DNA of 63,104 nucleotides, the filler included, from Saprolegnia diclina VS20 (lineage: Eukaryota), in NCBI RefSeq assembly GCF_000281045.1. It is 5 parts of 2 records of this genome, joined end to end, with 100 filler letters (N's around TTAATTAATTAA, not from the genome) between each part and the next. Parts side by side here need not be neighbours in the genome. Positions count along the whole stretch, not along the records: positions 51,903 to 61,941 come from NW_008246069.1; positions 62,042 to 63,104 come from NW_008246070.1; 3 more parts are not named here. One strand, given 5' to 3'. The notes beneath the pieces are model-generated. The model ran no database searches. It was given only the letters and a program-made list of their open reading frames with translations, and was not told where the DNA came from. Position numbers and translations under genes: made by a program. Below, one piece after another: positions 60,036-63,104 of the stretch. Position 1 is the stretch's first letter. Each line of letters begins with the position of its first letter.

Positions 60036-60935
60036 ATGGCACCGAGCATCGTTGCGTGGATCGAGCGCCATGGCGTTGGCGTTGGCGTCGCGATCATTGC
60101 GATCACGGGCCTCGGGCTCGGCTTTGCGACCGACGCGACCGACAACATCCCGCAGCCGTACAACCGCCTCTCGTCGATCGTGGGCTGGGTCTACTTTGCG
60201 TGCTGGAGCGTGAGCTTTTGGCCGCAAGTGTTTCTCAACTGGCGCCGCCAGAGCGTCGAAGGTCTCTCGCTCGACTTTCTCGTGTACAACATTTTGGGCT
60301 TTGGCTGCTACGCGATCTTCAACGCGGCCTTTTACTGGAGCGAAGTGGTCCAAGACGAGTACAAGCGCTACCACAACGGACTTCCGAACGCCGTCCAAAT
60401 CAACGACGTCTTCTTTGCGCTTCACGCGGTCGGTGCGAGTCTACTGACGTATTACCAAACGACCATCTACACGCGCGGCAACCAAGTGCTCTCGACGACG
60501 TGCAAGGTGGCGGTTGCGGTCGGCGTGGTCGGTGCGGCTGTCTTTTTGGCGCTCACGATCGTCGTACCGAGCAGTGACTTCTTTAGCCTGCTCAACTTTC
60601 TGTACCTGCTCAGCTACATCAAGCTCGCCGTGTCGCTCGTCAAGTACATTCCGCAGGTGTACCTCAACTACAAGCGCCAGCTCACGATCGGCTGGACGAT
60701 TTGGAACGTGCTGCTTGACTTTTCCGGTGGGCTTCTCTCGGTGGCGCAGCTCATCATGACGAGCTCGGTGACGCACGACTGGACCGCCGTGACGGGTGAC
60801 CCGGTCAAGTTTGGCCTCGGCTTCACCAGTGTCTTCTTTGACATTATCTTTATGGTCCAACACTACATTTTGTACCATGCCAACAATGTGAGCTCGTCCG
60901 AGAACGAGCACTCACCACTGCTCAACCGTCTCTAA
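60036..60935 (+). CDS. CTNS: Cystinosin-like PQ-loop lysosomal transporter (paralogue 2), intronless
   Basis: GWVYFACWSVSFWPQ, NWRRQSVEGLSLDF, NDVFFALHA, KYIPQVYLNY, GWTIWNVLLDFSGG, GDPVKFGLG. C-terminal EHSPLL dileucine motif. Confidence 0.94.
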   Translation: MAPSIVAWIERHGVGVGVAIIAITGLGLGFATDATDNIPQPYNRLSSIVGWVYFACWSVSFWPQVFLNWRRQSVEGLSLDFLVYNILGFGCYAIFNAAFYWSEVVQDEYKRYHNGLPNAVQINDVFFALHAVGASLLTYYQTTIYTRGNQVLSTTCKVAVAVGVVGAAVFLALTIVVPSSDFFSLLNFLYLLSYIKLAVSLVKYIPQVYLNYKRQLTIGWTIWNVLLDFSGGLLSVAQLIMTSSVTHDWTAVTGDPVKFGLGFTSVFFDIIFMVQHYILYHANNVSSSENEHSPLLNRL

Positions 60936-61863
60936 TGTCATCCGATTTCAATATATATCGTAAGAAGTTTAATCCCTCCTATATGTTCAGGTAACTAACT
61001 TGCTTCGACTCCTTATAAGGTGGTGGAAGCTGGTAGTGCTTGACGACGGAGCGCAAGAATGCTACCTCCTGCGTACAGTGTATGAAGCAGAGTTCCACAA
61101 AATGCTGGATCGCAACGACAGGAAATCCATGAACGAGTTCCACAAACCAGTGTATGCTGCACCAACTGGACGCTTGACGGCTGGCACAGAAACCAGCTGG
61201 CGGCGGTGCCGCATTGTTTGAATCAGCCAGTCAAAATCCGCGGTGGCCCCGCGTCATGAAATGGCGCGCCGCCAGCGTGGTCGCGCCGCTGACGTGATGC
61301 AAGCGGCAATGAAAGCGTTGAACTCGTACGTGGGCGTAGGGACAAGAGTAGTCGTTGGGATAACGCACGCGCTTGCGAGATCGGTCGCCGTTCTGATCAG
61401 TGACGTGGCACGCTCCCGTGCCTCGCATTTTGCATTCCGACTTTGCCGTTTCAATACACAAGATGAGCACATCTTCCGCGTCGCAAGTCCACTCCACAGA
61501 GTCCACTCAGTTGTATCGAATAGAGCTATTGCGAGAAACTGGACTCGACAAAGCTCCACGGCCGATCCCATTGCACTAGAAAGGACGCTGGTGGTCGTGC
61601 ACTGCATGTGCGAACGTCCGCGGCTTCTTTGGATCGGACGTTTTTTGCGGTGACTTCAAGTCCACCCAAATTCTGTGTCCGGACAAGCTCTTGCGCGGCC
61701 GTAAAATGACAAAAAGGAATGCTCGCGACCGATTGGCTCCACAGACATGGGTGTCCCATGCAGACATGGATGCGCCGCTGAGAGACACATGGCGGAGTAA
61801 TAGACAGCTGGGACTCGATCCTGCCCTAGCCCTGCAAGCACCAAAGCCGGTGATTACGTCGAT

Positions 61864-61877
61864 TCATTCTACATTTT
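61864..61877 (+). promoter_or_regulatory. Oomycete INR+FPR core promoter element before a truncated gene start (ATG 61883)
   Basis: tcattctacatttt fits YCATTYYNCAWTTT. It is followed by MSTTAPSLTPVAPAASSPV running into the linker. Confidence 0.65.
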
Positions 61878-61941
61878 GCTCCATGTCGACCACAGCGCCT
61901 TCCTTGACTCCGGTGGCCCCGGCCGCTTCGTCGCCCGTCGC

Positions 61942-62041
61942 NNNNNNNNNNNNNNNNNNNNNNNNNNNNNNNNNNNNNNNNNNNNTTAATTAATTAANNN
62001 NNNNNNNNNNNNNNNNNNNNNNNNNNNNNNNNNNNNNNNNN
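61942..62041. other. Artificial contig linker
   Basis: N44-TTAATTAATTAA-N44. Confidence 0.98.
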
Positions 62042-62136
62042 GGTCACTCAAATTCATCGGACCCGATGGATTAGCTCACTCAAATTCATCGGACCCGATG
62101 GATTAGGTCACTCAAATTCATCGGACCCGATGGATT
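62042..62136 (+). repeat. Tandem array of a 32-bp unit (3 copies visible, cut by the contig start)
   Basis: g(g/c)tcactcaaattcatcggacccgatggatta, containing the palindrome catcgg-ac-ccgatg. Confidence 0.95.
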
Positions 62137-62970
62137 TGGATGGATGATCTTTTCTACACGGAGCTGATGCATATCAACAGCCATCTAATTTCGATAAGTA
62201 TTCAAACAGTCGAAGTCACTAAACTCGAATTGCTCATTCGTGGCGAGGCGAATCGGCCAGGTTTGAATTGTTTTCACCCATACGGTCATCGTTCTGTGGA
62301 CCGGTCAGCATCTATAGTTGCCAAACGTATATCTTGACGTGCCGTTTGTCGAGAAATATACGTGTATAGCGACGATAAAGATGGTGCTACATGTACGACG
62401 CATCTAGTGTACTAGTACGTCCCAAGCACATGAACGATGGCCCCAATTCCAACCCGACTCTCTTAGTGTGCATCCTAGGCAAGCACTTTAAGAATGCGAA
62501 GAACGCAACTCCACACGTTCGTTCGCAACTCGAAGACCTCGACTCTTCGTTGGTTTTTGGTTGTTGGATCCCTACTCCGATGGATCCGAGTGGCTTTCAC
62601 AAGCCCTCATAGCGATTTTCACTCACGAGGATGGTTCTTTTTCCTTTCTTCAGTGGGAGGTTTTTACCACTCGACCTCACTATACCAGTCTCCGTAATAT
62701 CAATATATTCCGGAGCAGGTCGTGAGCAGCTTTCGTGGCCTCACTTCCACTTCCTGCCTCTCGGACACACTCCTCATCGGGTGTGCGGTTCTGGTTCTTC
62801 CTCTTCTTCCTCTTTCTCTCTGCCGAGTGCTTCACTAGCCCAGCTGCTAGTTTGTTAAAGACAAGCTATTTCATCGAACTCGATGGTTAATATGACAGTC
62901 CTGATTCGTCAGGTTAGATGAATAATAGCAAGTTGTTCCATCGTGCCCGACCATAAAAAGTTCTAATCTC

Positions 62971-63104
62971 TAATTCGTCGGGTCCGATGAATTTGAGTGA
63001 GCTAATCCATCGGGTCCGATGAATTTGAGTGACCTAATCCGTCGGGTCCGATGAATTTGAGTGACCAAATCGATCGGGTCCGATGAATTTGAGTGACCAA
63101 ATCG
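62971..63104 (-). repeat. Inverted tandem array of the same 32-bp unit (4+ copies, runs to the window end)
   Basis: taatccatcgggtccgatgaatttgagtgacc and variants, the reverse complement of the left array. Confidence 0.95.

Noticed and set aside
61000..61653. Short ORFs downstream of cystinosin 2
   Set aside because: No motifs and weak coding signal, so a gene call cannot be supported.
62042..63104. CRISPR interpretation of the 32-bp palindromic repeats
   Set aside because: The units are head-to-tail with no unique spacers, there are no cas genes, and the context is eukaryotic.

Overview
GC-rich eukaryotic genomic DNA with many short (roughly 30-70 nt) GT-AG introns. The gene set (GH17 glucanase with a PT linker, oomycete-type bZIP-like factor, flagellar CFAP57) and an INR+FPR core promoter point to an oomycete, probably Saprolegniales (inference). 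The window is five contigs joined by artificial 100-nt N/TTAATTAATTAA/N linkers (13377, 33694, 51803, 61942), so no synteny can be read across them. Recognisable genes: Sen1/Upf1-like helicase, sulfotransferase, GH17, CCA-adding enzyme, NPC1, two ankyrin proteins, an ATM1/HMT1-type ABC half transporter, two cystinosins, PPP4R2, APC2, a DENN-IQ-PH protein, CFAP57 and a multidomain kinase. Most interesting: (1) a spliced homologue of the bacterial type I restriction motor HsdR with a WW domain in place of the nuclease, followed by a 2H phosphoesterase and two intact Hsp70s lacking catalytic residues; (2) a 505-bp MITE with 18-bp TIRs and an 8-bp TSD inside a paralogous pseudogene; (3) a ~1-kb segment bounded by inverted arrays of a 32-bp palindrome-containing unit; (4) a DUF1752/B-box/7x zinc-knuckle/PH/kinase fusion. 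All exon models and family calls were made by eye without database searches, so gene ends are approximate where stated.
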